Below, piece by piece: positions 42,391-51,267 of a DNA stretch of 64,000 nucleotides. Every line of letters begins with the position of its first letter. Position 1 is the first letter of the stretch. The notes beneath the pieces are model-generated. The model had not been told where the DNA came from and made no database searches. It worked only from the letters and a program-made list of their open reading frames with translations. The translations under genes were made by a program, and so were the position numbers. Origin of the DNA: an archaeon (GTDB lineage: Archaea; Nanobdellota; Nanobdellia; Pacearchaeales; DTIR01); NCBI GenBank assembly GCA_043808285.1, contig JAZDFA010000012.1, positions 67,680 to 131,679 of the forward strand. The letters run 5' to 3'.

Positions 42391-44289
42391 TTAGTATGTT
42401 CTTCTTACTCTCATTATCCACATCAGGACAAGTATTATCGCAACCACTAAGATTATGTTTACTGTTATTAGGTCAAATCCTGTCAAGTTGCTTAACTTTG
42501 CTACAAATCCTTGGTAGGCTTTTGGAGCAGATGCCTTTTCTTTTAGCTCAAGATTAACATCTTTTTCAACTTTCTTGTCTGCATATCTTGCCTGAACCTT
42601 AAAACTTTTGCTTCCAGCAAGAGCAAGTGCTGTCATGTAAACATAAGCTGATGCCTGTTGTGAAGGCTCTATTGTCAATACTATTGGGTCGATCTTATCT
42701 AGTCTAGCCCATCCTTCATAACCTGAAACAGTTATTGTGTATGTTGCTGCTTTGCTTCCAGTATTAAATAGGTTCATCTTCATTGTTAAGGGTTCATTTA
42801 TGTATGCATCGTTCACAAGCTCGGTTGTCATTACAAGATTAGGCTCTTCTTTGATGCAATTGCCTTCTACATTTATCTGGTCTGTTCTTGTTACTGAATC
42901 CTGATAAACATCATTAGACAATCTGTAGAATGCCTGTATCTTCAATGTGTGATTTCCCTCAGAGGCAGTCTTTGGAACTTTAAGTGTTATTGGAACTTTC
43001 TTTGTGTCTTCTTTGTCTATGCTTAATGTTTGTTCTTCTTTGATTCCAAGTTCAGTATTTGAGATAACTACTCTTACATCCTCATCATTCTTTCCAATAT
43101 TTGCAAGAGATAAATCCGCACTAAAGCTGTCATCACATTGGACTGCTTCTGGGAGTGATACTCTAGATATTGCAATTGCATGAGTGTCTTTCTTTATATC
43201 TATAGACATATAATCTTCATTACATTGTGTTTCTTCTTCCCCATCTTCGTATGCTTTTGCGTATAATCTGAATGTGTGGGTTTTTATGTCTACTGGCACT
43301 TTTAAATCAACAGAGAAATATTCACTTCTATCACTGTCTACTGTGCCGTCAGTTTCAACTTCTTGATCGAGGAATTCATTATCTGTGACATCAAAAAGAT
43401 TTGCAGTAACTATCACATCTCTTGAATCCTCATTGTTATTTCTTACTTTTACTTCTAGAGTTATTATATCATTTGGATAGAAGTCATCTCCAGAATCTGG
43501 GTTTGTTATATCCACTTCAAAGTATGATCCTTTTCTTCCCTGATCACATAAAGATTGAGTTATTGTGATTGTGTATGGGACAGTTATTGATGCTCCCTCT
43601 AGTGAAGTAACAATTATGTTTGTGTTATATGCTTTAAAATCCTCATTTGAAGGAACAGTGGCTGCAACTGTTATTGTTGCTGTTTGTCCTGGCTGAAGGA
43701 GACTTAATGAAGCAGAAGAGCTTAAAGACAGAGTTATTACATTATTGTTGCTGTCATTCATTACAGACTGCTGTACAAATGCTATATTTGTAAGGTTCTT
43801 ATTGCCTGTGTTTTGTATAACAAAGGTATTTGATGGTGTTGCCCCCTGTACTGCTGAGATGCTTATCCCCCCGCTAATTTGTGTTAATGCCTTTGTTTCA
43901 TTCACTATAATATTAATAGTCTTTGCGACAGAAACACTTGCTCCGGATTCATTTCCAGATACAGTGATTGTAACTGGGTAAGTGCCTGCTGCAAGGTACT
44001 GGGTTATTTGATAAGGGTCTATAGTATAAGTATTTGTAGCTGAAGCGTTTATAGATTGTTTTGAAACAGCAGGTATTGTGACAGATATTATCTGGGTTCC
44101 AGTAATTGAGGTTATATTTATAGCCAAGTTTGATACCAAACCGCCAGTATTATCCAGTTGGAATGGGATTGTTATTAAAGAATTATGACTTGCAGTTATG
44201 TCTTGAGCAGTTACTTGCAAAGCTGCAAGAGCTGCAGGCATTAAACTTACCAAGAATAATGCCAAAACAAACATCAAATTTTTTTTCAT
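42391..44289 (-). CDS. surface protein with repeated CARDB-like beta-sandwich domains and C-terminal TM plus basic tail
   Basis: 632 aa. Signal peptide MKKNLMFVLALFLVSLMPAALA. Repeated V.N.G motifs (LDNTGG, IQNTGNKN, LANIGKND, LFNTGSKA). C-terminus LITVNIILVVAIILVLMWIMRVRRTY. Confidence 0.6.
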   Translation of the reverse strand: MKKNLMFVLALFLVSLMPAALAALQVTAQDITASHNSLITIPFQLDNTGGLVSNLAINITSITGTQIISVTIPAVSKQSINASATNTYTIDPYQITQYLAAGTYPVTITVSGNESGASVSVAKTINIIVNETKALTQISGGISISAVQGATPSNTFVIQNTGNKNLTNIAFVQQSVMNDSNNNVITLSLSSSASLSLLQPGQTATITVAATVPSNEDFKAYNTNIIVTSLEGASITVPYTITITQSLCDQGRKGSYFEVDITNPDSGDDFYPNDIITLEVKVRNNNEDSRDVIVTANLFDVTDNEFLDQEVETDGTVDSDRSEYFSVDLKVPVDIKTHTFRLYAKAYEDGEEETQCNEDYMSIDIKKDTHAIAISRVSLPEAVQCDDSFSADLSLANIGKNDEDVRVVISNTELGIKEEQTLSIDKEDTKKVPITLKVPKTASEGNHTLKIQAFYRLSNDVYQDSVTRTDQINVEGNCIKEEPNLVMTTELVNDAYINEPLTMKMNLFNTGSKAATYTITVSGYEGWARLDKIDPIVLTIEPSQQASAYVYMTALALAGSKSFKVQARYADKKVEKDVNLELKEKASAPKAYQGFVAKLSNLTGFDLITVNIILVVAIILVLMWIMRVRRTY

Positions 44290-44332
44290 TTTATTTATTT
44301 GTCTATTTTTTGTTACTATTCAATAATTACTA

Positions 44333-45046
44333 CTATTTATAAATCTTTCTATTTTTGGGAGATTCTGGGGCAAGAAGCTCAAGTGCATCATTATAGTATA
44401 GTATGCTGCTAGAATCAATGGATATGCCTTCACAGGCAGTATTAACCCAAGCAGAGGGGCGGAAGTTCTCCAGTTCTGCTATATTAATAGTATTGCTTAG
44501 GAATATAAATGCTTTCTTGCCCTTGCTTTCTATTTGCTTCTTTAATTGCAATGCATTGGCAAGATGCTGCTGGCCTGGTTTAGAGGAGACGATTATGCCT
44601 ATAACTTCACTTTGGAGGAATTTTATAGAAGCAGTTTTTATCTTTTTTCTTACTGATTGGATTTGTTCTTCTTCTATTCTCCTTATTCCTTCATTGCTAA
44701 GAACAAATACTGGCTTTTCTGTTTTAACTGCAAGCTGCAATGAATGGAATATTCCATCAGTTATTATTATAAAAGCATCAACATTTTTATTTTCAGAGAG
44801 CGATTTCCCATCACATCCAATTATTTGACCAAGGTAATATGCTTTCTTTCCCCTTAATTTTTGGACTTTTACCCCTTTTTTTTGAAATATCCTTGTTATT
44901 TCTCTAATTTCTTGCAAATACTGGATAGAAGCAGCAATACCTACAGACTTGGGATTTAGAGAAGAAACTAATTTATCTATGCTACTCTCTATATTCTTAG
45001 CAGAAATCCTTTCTTTTACCCTAGCTTCAACAAATATGACTTTCAT
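44333..45046 (-). CDS. dph2: Dph2-like diphthamide synthesis radical SAM enzyme, short form lacking domain 1
   Basis: 237 aa. GQIIGCDG, ITDGIFHSLQLAV, GIIVSSKPGQQ, WVNTACEGISID align to Dph2 domains 2-3. Confidence 0.55.
   Translation of the reverse strand: MKVIFVEARVKERISAKNIESSIDKLVSSLNPKSVGIAASIQYLQEIREITRIFQKKGVKVQKLRGKKAYYLGQIIGCDGKSLSENKNVDAFIIITDGIFHSLQLAVKTEKPVFVLSNEGIRRIEEEQIQSVRKKIKTASIKFLQSEVIGIIVSSKPGQQHLANALQLKKQIESKGKKAFIFLSNTINIAELENFRPSAWVNTACEGISIDSSSILYYNDALELLAPESPKNRKIYK
44335..44354 (-). promoter_or_regulatory. consensus BRE/TATA promoter
   Basis: Minus strand AATAGAAAGATTTATAAATA, about 50 nt upstream of the ATG at 44289. Leader shares TTTTTGTTACTA.. with the 23442 gene leader. 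Confidence 0.45.
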
Positions 45047-45113
45047 TAATAGGGGAAAAGATAAGCATTTTTAATACTATCTGTCTCTATTTAAAGTCTG
45101 CAGTGAAGAATCC

Positions 45114-45509
45114 TCAATACTCTTTGAATTTCGGGATTTTTTCGACAACTTTTTCCACCCTGTAGATCTCTGCAAAGCTTGGCGTTGCTATTATTATATT
45201 GTCTCCAAAGCCTGCAATTCCGCCTTCAAGAGCTTCGCATGTCTTCTTTATCTTTGCAATTGCTCTCTTTAGCTCTACGATATCCTTGCTTTTTAGGTGT
45301 TTTATGTCTATCACTGCTATAGTGTATCCCTCTCTCAAAGAGTTTAGAATAGGATTTATATCCTCAAAGACTTTAAGGACGAAAGGCCTGATTATTATCT
45401 TCGATCTCTTTGGAGAAACCCCCAAATCTATTTCGATATAATCTGCCTTGGGTTCTTGTACCCTTGATAAGATTCTTGCAAAACCCTCTTTTATTCTTTT
45501 TACTACCAT
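45114..45509 (-). CDS. sepF: cell division protein SepF (archaeal)
   Basis: 131 aa. IIRPFVLKVFEDINPILNSLREGYTIAVIDIKHL..ALEGGIAGFGDNIIIATP matches the SepF/DUF552 pattern. Confidence 0.65.
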   Translation of the reverse strand: MVVKRIKEGFARILSRVQEPKADYIEIDLGVSPKRSKIIIRPFVLKVFEDINPILNSLREGYTIAVIDIKHLKSKDIVELKRAIAKIKKTCEALEGGIAGFGDNIIIATPSFAEIYRVEKVVEKIPKFKEY

Positions 45510-45532
45510 GTTATTTTTATAACCTCGGACTT

Positions 45533-45552
45533 ATTTATAAATTTTTCTATTT
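45533..45552 (-). promoter_or_regulatory. consensus BRE/TATA promoter for sepF
   Basis: Minus strand AATAGAAAAATTTATAAATA, centred 28 nt upstream of the ATG at 45509. Confidence 0.5.
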
Positions 45553-45592
45553 TATTTTTTGGTCTCTTTGATAAAAAATTATTAGTTTATCT

Positions 45593-45934
45593 ACTATCTT
45601 AGCTTCTTTATAACTTCATCCCTCTTTTTTGAAAGTTGCTCTTTTATAATTTCTTCCTGCTTTTCTATTGATTTTACCCTTAAATTAAGGATATCTTTCT
45701 TGCTTTTAAGCTCAAGGAGGACATCTGCTTTTTTTGATTTTATCATTACCTGCCCGGCAATTTTGTAAACATCGTCGGTGCTTTTCTCCAGTTCTTTAAG
45801 AGCATTTCTGTTTCATTTGATTCCAGAAGAAAAGCCTGTTTTTGCATCATCAGATTTTGTATTCCCTGTTCGGCGAGCTGAAGCTCTTGAATCTGCTTTG
45901 CAGTTTCCTTGTCTATCGATTTTTCATTAACCAT
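45593..45934 (-). pseudogene. pfdB: prefoldin beta subunit, frame broken by two compensating 1-nt indels
   Basis: Frame A: MVNEKSIDKETAKQIQELQLAEQGIQNLMMQKQAFLLESNETE. Shifted frame: NALKELEKSTDDVYKIAGQVMIKSKKADV. Frame A again: LLELKSKKDILNLRVKSIEKQEEIIKEQLSKKRDEVIKKLR. Shifts lie near 45805 (A run) and 45721 (TT/CC). Confidence 0.75.
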
Positions 45935-45944
45935 TTTTTGTATC

Positions 45945-46082
45945 TTACACGGCTTTTATCTTAGCTATTTCTTTTCTAGGCTTGAAGAAAATCTTGCTGC
46001 CACAGTGTGGGCATACAAATCTTTTTTCAAGACTTTTATGGGAAATCTGCTTGCCGCAAAAAAAACATTTATACATCGCCAT
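45945..46082 (-). CDS. rpoP: DNA-directed RNA polymerase subunit P (Rpo12)
   Basis: 45-codon ORF below the track cutoff: MAMYKCFFCGKQISHKSLEKRFVCPHCGSKIFFKPRKEIAKIKAV. Zn ribbon CxxC..CxxC. Conserved position between rpl37ae and pfdB. Confidence 0.75.
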   Translation of the reverse strand: MAMYKCFFCGKQISHKSLEKRFVCPHCGSKIFFKPRKEIAKIKAV

Positions 46083-46083
46083 T

Positions 46084-46302
46084 TTATTTTTCTCCTACAG
46101 TATACATATTTGAAGTAAATTTTTTATCACAATAATTGCATTTCCATATCCCTTTTGAGAGCCTTTCTATTTTTTTCTTTTTGCAGTAAGGGCATACCTG
46201 CCTTTGTCTTTGGGATTTTTCGACTTCTGACACTTTCCCCCTTACCTTATTTCCATAATTAGCGCGAAATCTTCCAGCTGATCCAACTTTTTTTGTTCCC
46301 AT
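46084..46302 (-). CDS. rpl37ae: 50S ribosomal protein L37Ae (eL43)
   Basis: 72 aa. GTKKVGSAGRFRANYG..CPYCKKKKIERLSKGIWKCNYC. Confidence 0.9.
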   Translation of the reverse strand: MGTKKVGSAGRFRANYGNKVRGKVSEVEKSQRQRQVCPYCKKKKIERLSKGIWKCNYCDKKFTSNMYTVGEK

Positions 46303-46337
46303 TTTGTTTGATTTTTATTTTTTTTGAATATCGAAAG

Positions 46338-46411
46338 TGGGGCTGCCCAGATTTGAACTGGGGTCGCAAGGTCCCAAACCTCGAAGGCTAACCAGACTAC
46401 CCCACAGCCCC
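46338..46411 (-). tRNA. tRNA-Pro (anticodon UGG)
   Basis: 74-nt cloverleaf: acceptor GGGGCTG/CAGCCCC. Anticodon stem CGAGG/CCTTG, loop TTTGGGA (G37). T arm CCCAG-TTCAAAT-CTGGG. No encoded CCA. Confidence 0.85.
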
Positions 46412-46454
46412 TTGACACTAAAACAGCCCGGGACGTTTATAAATTTTTGTTTAC

Positions 46455-47162
46455 TTATTTTTCTTTTGCTTTTTCAGGAGCTTTCTTTGCTTCAGGAGCA
46501 GCAGCAGTTTTGGAAGCAGCTTCTGTGCCAGCAGCAGGTAAAGTAGTCGCAGCAACAGCAGCTTTTTCAGCTTCTTTTGCAGCTTCTTCCTCAGCTTTCT
46601 TCTTGAGGAATTCGTCCTGTTTAGTTTTAATCTTCGCGAAGTAATCATTAATGCTTCTTTTTTTCTCTTCAGATAATTCTGTTTTTTGCTTTGATACAAT
46701 TTCTTTATAATCTGGATTTGTTTCAATCTCCTGAATAATGTCTCTGGGGTCTTTGTTCTCAACAAGTATTCCAAGACTTACGCAAGTTCCAAGAATTGAA
46801 TTTACTGCGCTTTGAAAATTATTGACTAGCATGCCGCTTTGCTTTACTTGTGCAATTGACACTATTTGTTCAATAGCGAGATTTCCTATCTTTATTTCTT
46901 TTGCTGAACCAGAACCAGCTTCCACACCCAACTCTTTTTTTAAGAGTTCTGATGAGGGGGGCGTTTGAACTTCTACCTTGAACTCTTTTGTTTTAGTGTC
47001 TATATCAAGAATAATCGGGACTTTTACTCCCTTAAATGAGGCAGTCGCTTTGTTTACTTCCTGCATTATTTTGCCTAGGTTGATTCCTAAAGGACCAAGC
47101 TTTTGGCTTATCGTCGGATTAGGCTTCATTTCCCCACCATCTACTATTAATTTCACTATCAT
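46455..47162 (-). CDS. rpl11: 50S ribosomal protein L11 (uL11) with ~75-aa Lys/Glu/Ala-rich C-terminal extension
   Basis: 235 aa. GGEMKPNPTISQKLGPLGINLGKIMQEVN..VQTPPSSELLKKE, typical uL11 core of about 160 aa followed by a low-complexity tail. Confidence 0.85.
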   Translation of the reverse strand: MIVKLIVDGGEMKPNPTISQKLGPLGINLGKIMQEVNKATASFKGVKVPIILDIDTKTKEFKVEVQTPPSSELLKKELGVEAGSGSAKEIKIGNLAIEQIVSIAQVKQSGMLVNNFQSAVNSILGTCVSLGILVENKDPRDIIQEIETNPDYKEIVSKQKTELSEEKKRSINDYFAKIKTKQDEFLKKKAEEEAAKEAEKAAVAATTLPAAGTEAASKTAAAPEAKKAPEKAKEK

Positions 47163-47221
47163 GTTAGCTTATATCATCAAAAGTGCTTTTAAAAAGTTTA
47201 CTCTTTTTTTAAAAAGACCAT

Positions 47222-48811
47222 TTAAACCTGATTTTTGCTCATTTTTTCTGCAACCAGCGTTAGTGCAAATATGACTGCAAAGTAGCTGAATAGCAGAAGG
47301 AGATATTTTTCTTGCAGGCTTATACCTATGTTTAGCATTATATTCTCTTTTATAAGAGTTGTTGCAATGGTGAATGGATTGTACATTGCAACCTCTTTGA
47401 GATATGCTATAGCTTCTATTGGGAGTATCATATTAGAAAAGAAAAGCAGCAATGAAACCAATGCGATGGATATGAGCATAGCCATTTCTGTAGTCTTTGA
47501 AGAATATCCTATCATCAGCCCTATAAAAGTGAATACGGTCGCGATAAGCAGTATGAGCAAGAACAGTGAGGGGCTTAGCGGCATCTTTGTGAAAAGATAG
47601 GAGATTCCAAGCACAATGGACACCTCTATTAGCAGTATTGTCATTGTTGTAATATATGATGCAAGCACAAATGTAACTCTCTGAACTGGAATTGTGAGGT
47701 TTCGAAAATATGCCCTGGATGTTTTTTCAGATATAACAAGGCTTGCTCCAAGAAATATTCCTCCAAACATTAATAATAGCACTATAAGCAGCGGGAAAAT
47801 AATGCCCGTGTGCTTGCTGTCTGTAGTTACTGCTTTTATGTTTGTGTTGATTGGCTTTACAATTGTTGCAGAGTTTATGCTTATTGCAAGTTGCTCTTTT
47901 ATTCTTTTGATGCTCTCCTGCAATGATGCAATTTTTGCCAGGCTTTGAGACAATTCAAGAGATGATGCTTCAAAATCAGAACTGGCGGAGTTTTTTACCC
48001 TGGCAACATTGTCCAGCTTGGAGGTTATTTCGTTTACAGAGTCAGAAAGATTTTCTACCTCTGAATCCAATGAAGACAGATTTGTTTGTATGCTATCATA
48101 AGCAGATTGTATATTTGCTTTAGAAATGGGGTCTGTTACATTGTTATTTGCATCATTTATACTCTCTATTTCAAATTTTATACCCTCTATTTTTTCATTT
48201 ATGCTTTGAATATTGAGATTGCTTGAATTGAAAGTAACATCTAAAGAGGAGAACTCTGAAGAAATTTTTGAGATACTGATTTTTGCTTTGCTTAGGCTGT
48301 TTTTGATATCATTTATTATTGGCTCTTCTTTATCCACCTCAATCTTTATCACATTTATTCTTTGCAATATTGTATCTACAAGCATAGTGCTTATTTCATC
48401 AGACTCTTTCGAGACTTTTGAGGAAATCATATTTGTAACTATGTAAACGAGATTTAGGTGTATTGGATTTACATAGAACTCTATTGTATTGTTCCCGGTT
48501 ATTTTGAATTCTGGAGGGAATACCAAGCAAACATGCCATTCATTAAGCTTAACCCCGTCTATGCATCGCTCTGCACTTGGAGATTTTGTTATTGTGAATT
48601 GCTCCGAGAGTTTAGCAAGCAAATCCTCGCTGAGATTATTGTAGCTTTGGGAATATGTGCCTATCTTTAATCCATATAAATCTGCCGTGTTAAAAGCCAT
48701 GCCTAAAAGCAGCACTATTGCCATGGGTCCAAGTATGAATATTACTGTTGAGGTCTTGTTTCTAAACAACAATATAAAATTCTTTTTTATCAGTTCTATA
48801 AGATTTTTCAT
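47222..48811 (-). CDS. ABC-2 type transporter permease with long extracellular coiled-coil insert (YhgE/Pip-like architecture)
   Basis: 529 aa. One N-terminal TM, about 220 aa of Ser/Asn/Glu-rich helical insert, five C-terminal TM helices. Confidence 0.65.
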   Translation of the reverse strand: MKNLIELIKKNFILLFRNKTSTVIFILGPMAIVLLLGMAFNTADLYGLKIGTYSQSYNNLSEDLLAKLSEQFTITKSPSAERCIDGVKLNEWHVCLVFPPEFKITGNNTIEFYVNPIHLNLVYIVTNMISSKVSKESDEISTMLVDTILQRINVIKIEVDKEEPIINDIKNSLSKAKISISKISSEFSSLDVTFNSSNLNIQSINEKIEGIKFEIESINDANNNVTDPISKANIQSAYDSIQTNLSSLDSEVENLSDSVNEITSKLDNVARVKNSASSDFEASSLELSQSLAKIASLQESIKRIKEQLAISINSATIVKPINTNIKAVTTDSKHTGIIFPLLIVLLLMFGGIFLGASLVISEKTSRAYFRNLTIPVQRVTFVLASYITTMTILLIEVSIVLGISYLFTKMPLSPSLFLLILLIATVFTFIGLMIGYSSKTTEMAMLISIALVSLLLFFSNMILPIEAIAYLKEVAMYNPFTIATTLIKENIMLNIGISLQEKYLLLLFSYFAVIFALTLVAEKMSKNQV

Positions 48812-48824
48812 TTACATCTCTTTT

Positions 48825-49799
48825 TTATTTTCCTATTGTTTTTCTTTTTTTTGCAACTACTGAAGTGAATATTTCTGTAAGGCTTGGCCTGCTGATTCGT
48901 AACTCAATTACTTTTTCATTTAGACTTTTGAGAAGCGGCATTAAGTACCTCATTATTTTTGTGGTATCGTTTGTGTAAAGAGTAAAACATTGATGGCCAT
49001 GGTCTACTATTCTTGTTACCCCCATTCTTTCTTTGTATCTGGACAGGTCGCTAAGCAGCTTTTTATCGTCTGCAGCAAGTTTTAGGAAAAGCTCTCCATT
49101 GTTTCCATATTCTTCTCTTAACTTTTTAAGCGAGCCAGATTCAAGCAGCTCTCCTCTATGCAATATTGCTATATTATGGCATAAGCTTTCGATGCCACCA
49201 AGAAGGTGAGATGCTATTATTATTGTAATGCCCTCTTCTTGGTTTATTCTTTCTATTAATTTCATTACCCCATGCCTTAGTATGGGGTCCAATTCAACTG
49301 TTGGTTCATCAAGGAGAAGAAGTTTTGGGTGGTGTATCATAGCGCATGCAATATCCAGCCTTTTTTGCATTCCTCCGGAAAGCGTGGAAGATATAACATT
49401 TTCGGCTTCTTCTAATTCAAGCAACTTGAGAAGTTCTTTTATCCTTTCATTAAGAATCTTTTTTTCAATTCCATATAACCTGCCATAGTGGGTAAGATTT
49501 TCTTTTGTTGTCAATTCAGGATAAAAACAACTTTCTTGCGTCGAGAATCCAAAAAATTTCTTGAATGAGAGATGATTGTGGTTTATATCTTTGTAGGTTA
49601 TCTTTCCAGAATTGGGCTTGTAGAAATTGGCAATTGTCTTGAGGAAAACGCTTTTGCCACTACCAGACATGCCTATTACACCAAATATCTCTCCTTTTTT
49701 TATTTGGAGATTTATAGAGTTGAGAGCAAGTTTCTTGCCAAAGTTCTTATTTAATTTTTCAATTGTTAAGAGAACATCCGCACTACTCTTCTCAGCCAT
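48825..49799 (-). CDS. ABC transporter ATP-binding protein
   Basis: 324 aa. Walker A GMSGSGKS, signature LSGGMQKRL, Walker B LLLLDEP. Confidence 0.9.
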   Translation of the reverse strand: MAEKSSADVLLTIEKLNKNFGKKLALNSINLQIKKGEIFGVIGMSGSGKSVFLKTIANFYKPNSGKITYKDINHNHLSFKKFFGFSTQESCFYPELTTKENLTHYGRLYGIEKKILNERIKELLKLLELEEAENVISSTLSGGMQKRLDIACAMIHHPKLLLLDEPTVELDPILRHGVMKLIERINQEEGITIIIASHLLGGIESLCHNIAILHRGELLESGSLKKLREEYGNNGELFLKLAADDKKLLSDLSRYKERMGVTRIVDHGHQCFTLYTNDTTKIMRYLMPLLKSLNEKVIELRISRPSLTEIFTSVVAKKRKTIGK

Positions 49800-49916
49800 T
49801 ATTTTTTTTAGGCTATTATCTTTATAAAACTTATCAAGTTTTTATTCAGGGTATTAAACATACTAGTTGCCTATTGGGGGTAAAACCTTTATAATCTTAA
49901 TTCCCTCTTTAATTCA

Positions 49917-50201
49917 ATGGAATCACAAAAAGGCATTGCAAAAAAGAAGATAAAACCTAGCGAGAGAGAGAAAAAGAGGTATATAGTATTTAGTGGTAAT
50001 TTTAGAGAAGTCGTTGATGTATTATCCATTTTGGGAAGAGATTTTAAGATTATTGCATCAAGGGAAAAAAGAACAATGGCAAGGGTATTTCTTAAAGACT
50101 TAACCAGGGCAAGAGTTTTAGCAGACTCCAAAGGAGTGGGAGTGGTAGGATTAAGCGGAACAATAAAGCGGGCAAAACAGAAGTTTTTTAACAAATTATA
50201 A
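49917..50201 (+). CDS. RNase P protein component 2 (Pop5/Rnp2-like), short
   Basis: 94 aa. REKKRYIVF and SGTIKRAK motifs. Conserved position upstream of psmA in the archaeal exosome superoperon. Confidence 0.5.
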   Translation: MESQKGIAKKKIKPSEREKKRYIVFSGNFREVVDVLSILGRDFKIIASREKRTMARVFLKDLTRARVLADSKGVGVVGLSGTIKRAKQKFFNKL

Positions 50202-50203
50202 GT

Positions 50204-50417
50204 TATCAAAAAGTTGCTGAGTGCTAAACAAATTGCAACTTCGCGAAAAGCAAATGCTTTTCGGGACATTGAGAATCTTTAAGATTCTCTCTGTTAGGAT
50301 GCAAGGAAATTCTGCTTTGAGAATTTCCTGCACAGAAAATCCAGTAAGATTTTCTTGTGCTCAAGAACACGCAATTACACACTTAAGTGTGTATTTTTGT
50401 AAAGTGTTCTTGACATA
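50204..50417 (-). repeat. modular hairpin repeat locus R10 (reverse, near-complete composite)
   Basis: ATCAAAAAGTTGCTGAG..GCAACTT-CGCGAAAAGC/GCTTTTCGGGA-..GAGAATC/GATTCTC..GTTAGGATG-CAAGGAAATTC/GAATTTCCTG-CACAGAAAATC/GATTTTCTTGTG-CTCAAGAACAC..GTGTTCTTGACATAA. Confidence 0.9.
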
Positions 50418-50492
50418 AGGAAAGGTTTAAAAATGACTCCAAATTAATTAGATTAGCAAAATAAGAGTGGAGATTATTTTTTCTCTAAACAA

Positions 50493-51224
50493 ATGGAAAC
50501 ACCAATGGAAGTACAGCATCAAGTAATGGGATATGACAGAGCTGCAACTATGTTCTCCCCAGATGGGCATTTATTGCAGGTAGAATATGCTGAAAAGACA
50601 GTGAGATTGGGTTCTGCAAGCATAGGAATAGTTTGTTCTGATGGCGTTGTAGTAGTTGCTGATAAAAGATTAAGAGATGAATTAATGGATCAAGAGTCTG
50701 CAAGCAAGATATATGAGATAGACAGCCATATAATCGGAAGCGCAGCAGGAATATTATCTGATGCAAGAGTTGTTATTGAAAAAGCACAGCTTCTTGCACA
50801 ACAGCACAGGGTTACTTATGAGTCTCCAATAGATGTTGAATCGGTAATAAAGGAAATAGCTGATTTAAAGCAGGCATACACTCAATATGGCGGAGCAAGG
50901 CCTTTTGGGATATCTGCAATGGTTGCTGGAATAAACCTCAATAATGGCCCAAAACTTTTTGTAAGCGATGTTACTGGCAATTATTTTGGATATAAAGCTA
51001 CTGCAATAGGAGAAAATGATGAGAAGATAAAAGAGATTTTGAGGGTAGATTACAAGGAGAGCATAACAATAGAGCAAGGCATGAAATTGGCTTTCGATAT
51101 ATTTAAAAAGGTACTTGGCAAAAATTTTAATGCAACCAGGTTTGATGTTGGCTATGTAAGCATAAAAGAAAAAAATGTAGTTAAGATCTCTGGAGAAGAG
51201 CTTAAAAAATACGCAAAAAATTAA
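50493..51224 (+). CDS. psmA: proteasome subunit alpha
   Basis: 243 aa. YDRAATMFSPDGHLLQVEYA. Confidence 0.95.
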   Translation: METPMEVQHQVMGYDRAATMFSPDGHLLQVEYAEKTVRLGSASIGIVCSDGVVVVADKRLRDELMDQESASKIYEIDSHIIGSAAGILSDARVVIEKAQLLAQQHRVTYESPIDVESVIKEIADLKQAYTQYGGARPFGISAMVAGINLNNGPKLFVSDVTGNYFGYKATAIGENDEKIKEILRVDYKESITIEQGMKLAFDIFKKVLGKNFNATRFDVGYVSIKEKNVVKISGEELKKYAKN

Positions 51225-51267
51225 CATTAAAAATTTAAAAGCGTTTAACTAAGGATTACACATTAAT

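Noticed and set aside
46451-46774. 107-aa ORF overlapping the L11 tail in another frame
   Set aside because: It is a low-complexity K/L/R-rich product of the same repetitive GAA/GCA-rich DNA. The L11 frame is continuous with a recognisable uL11 core.
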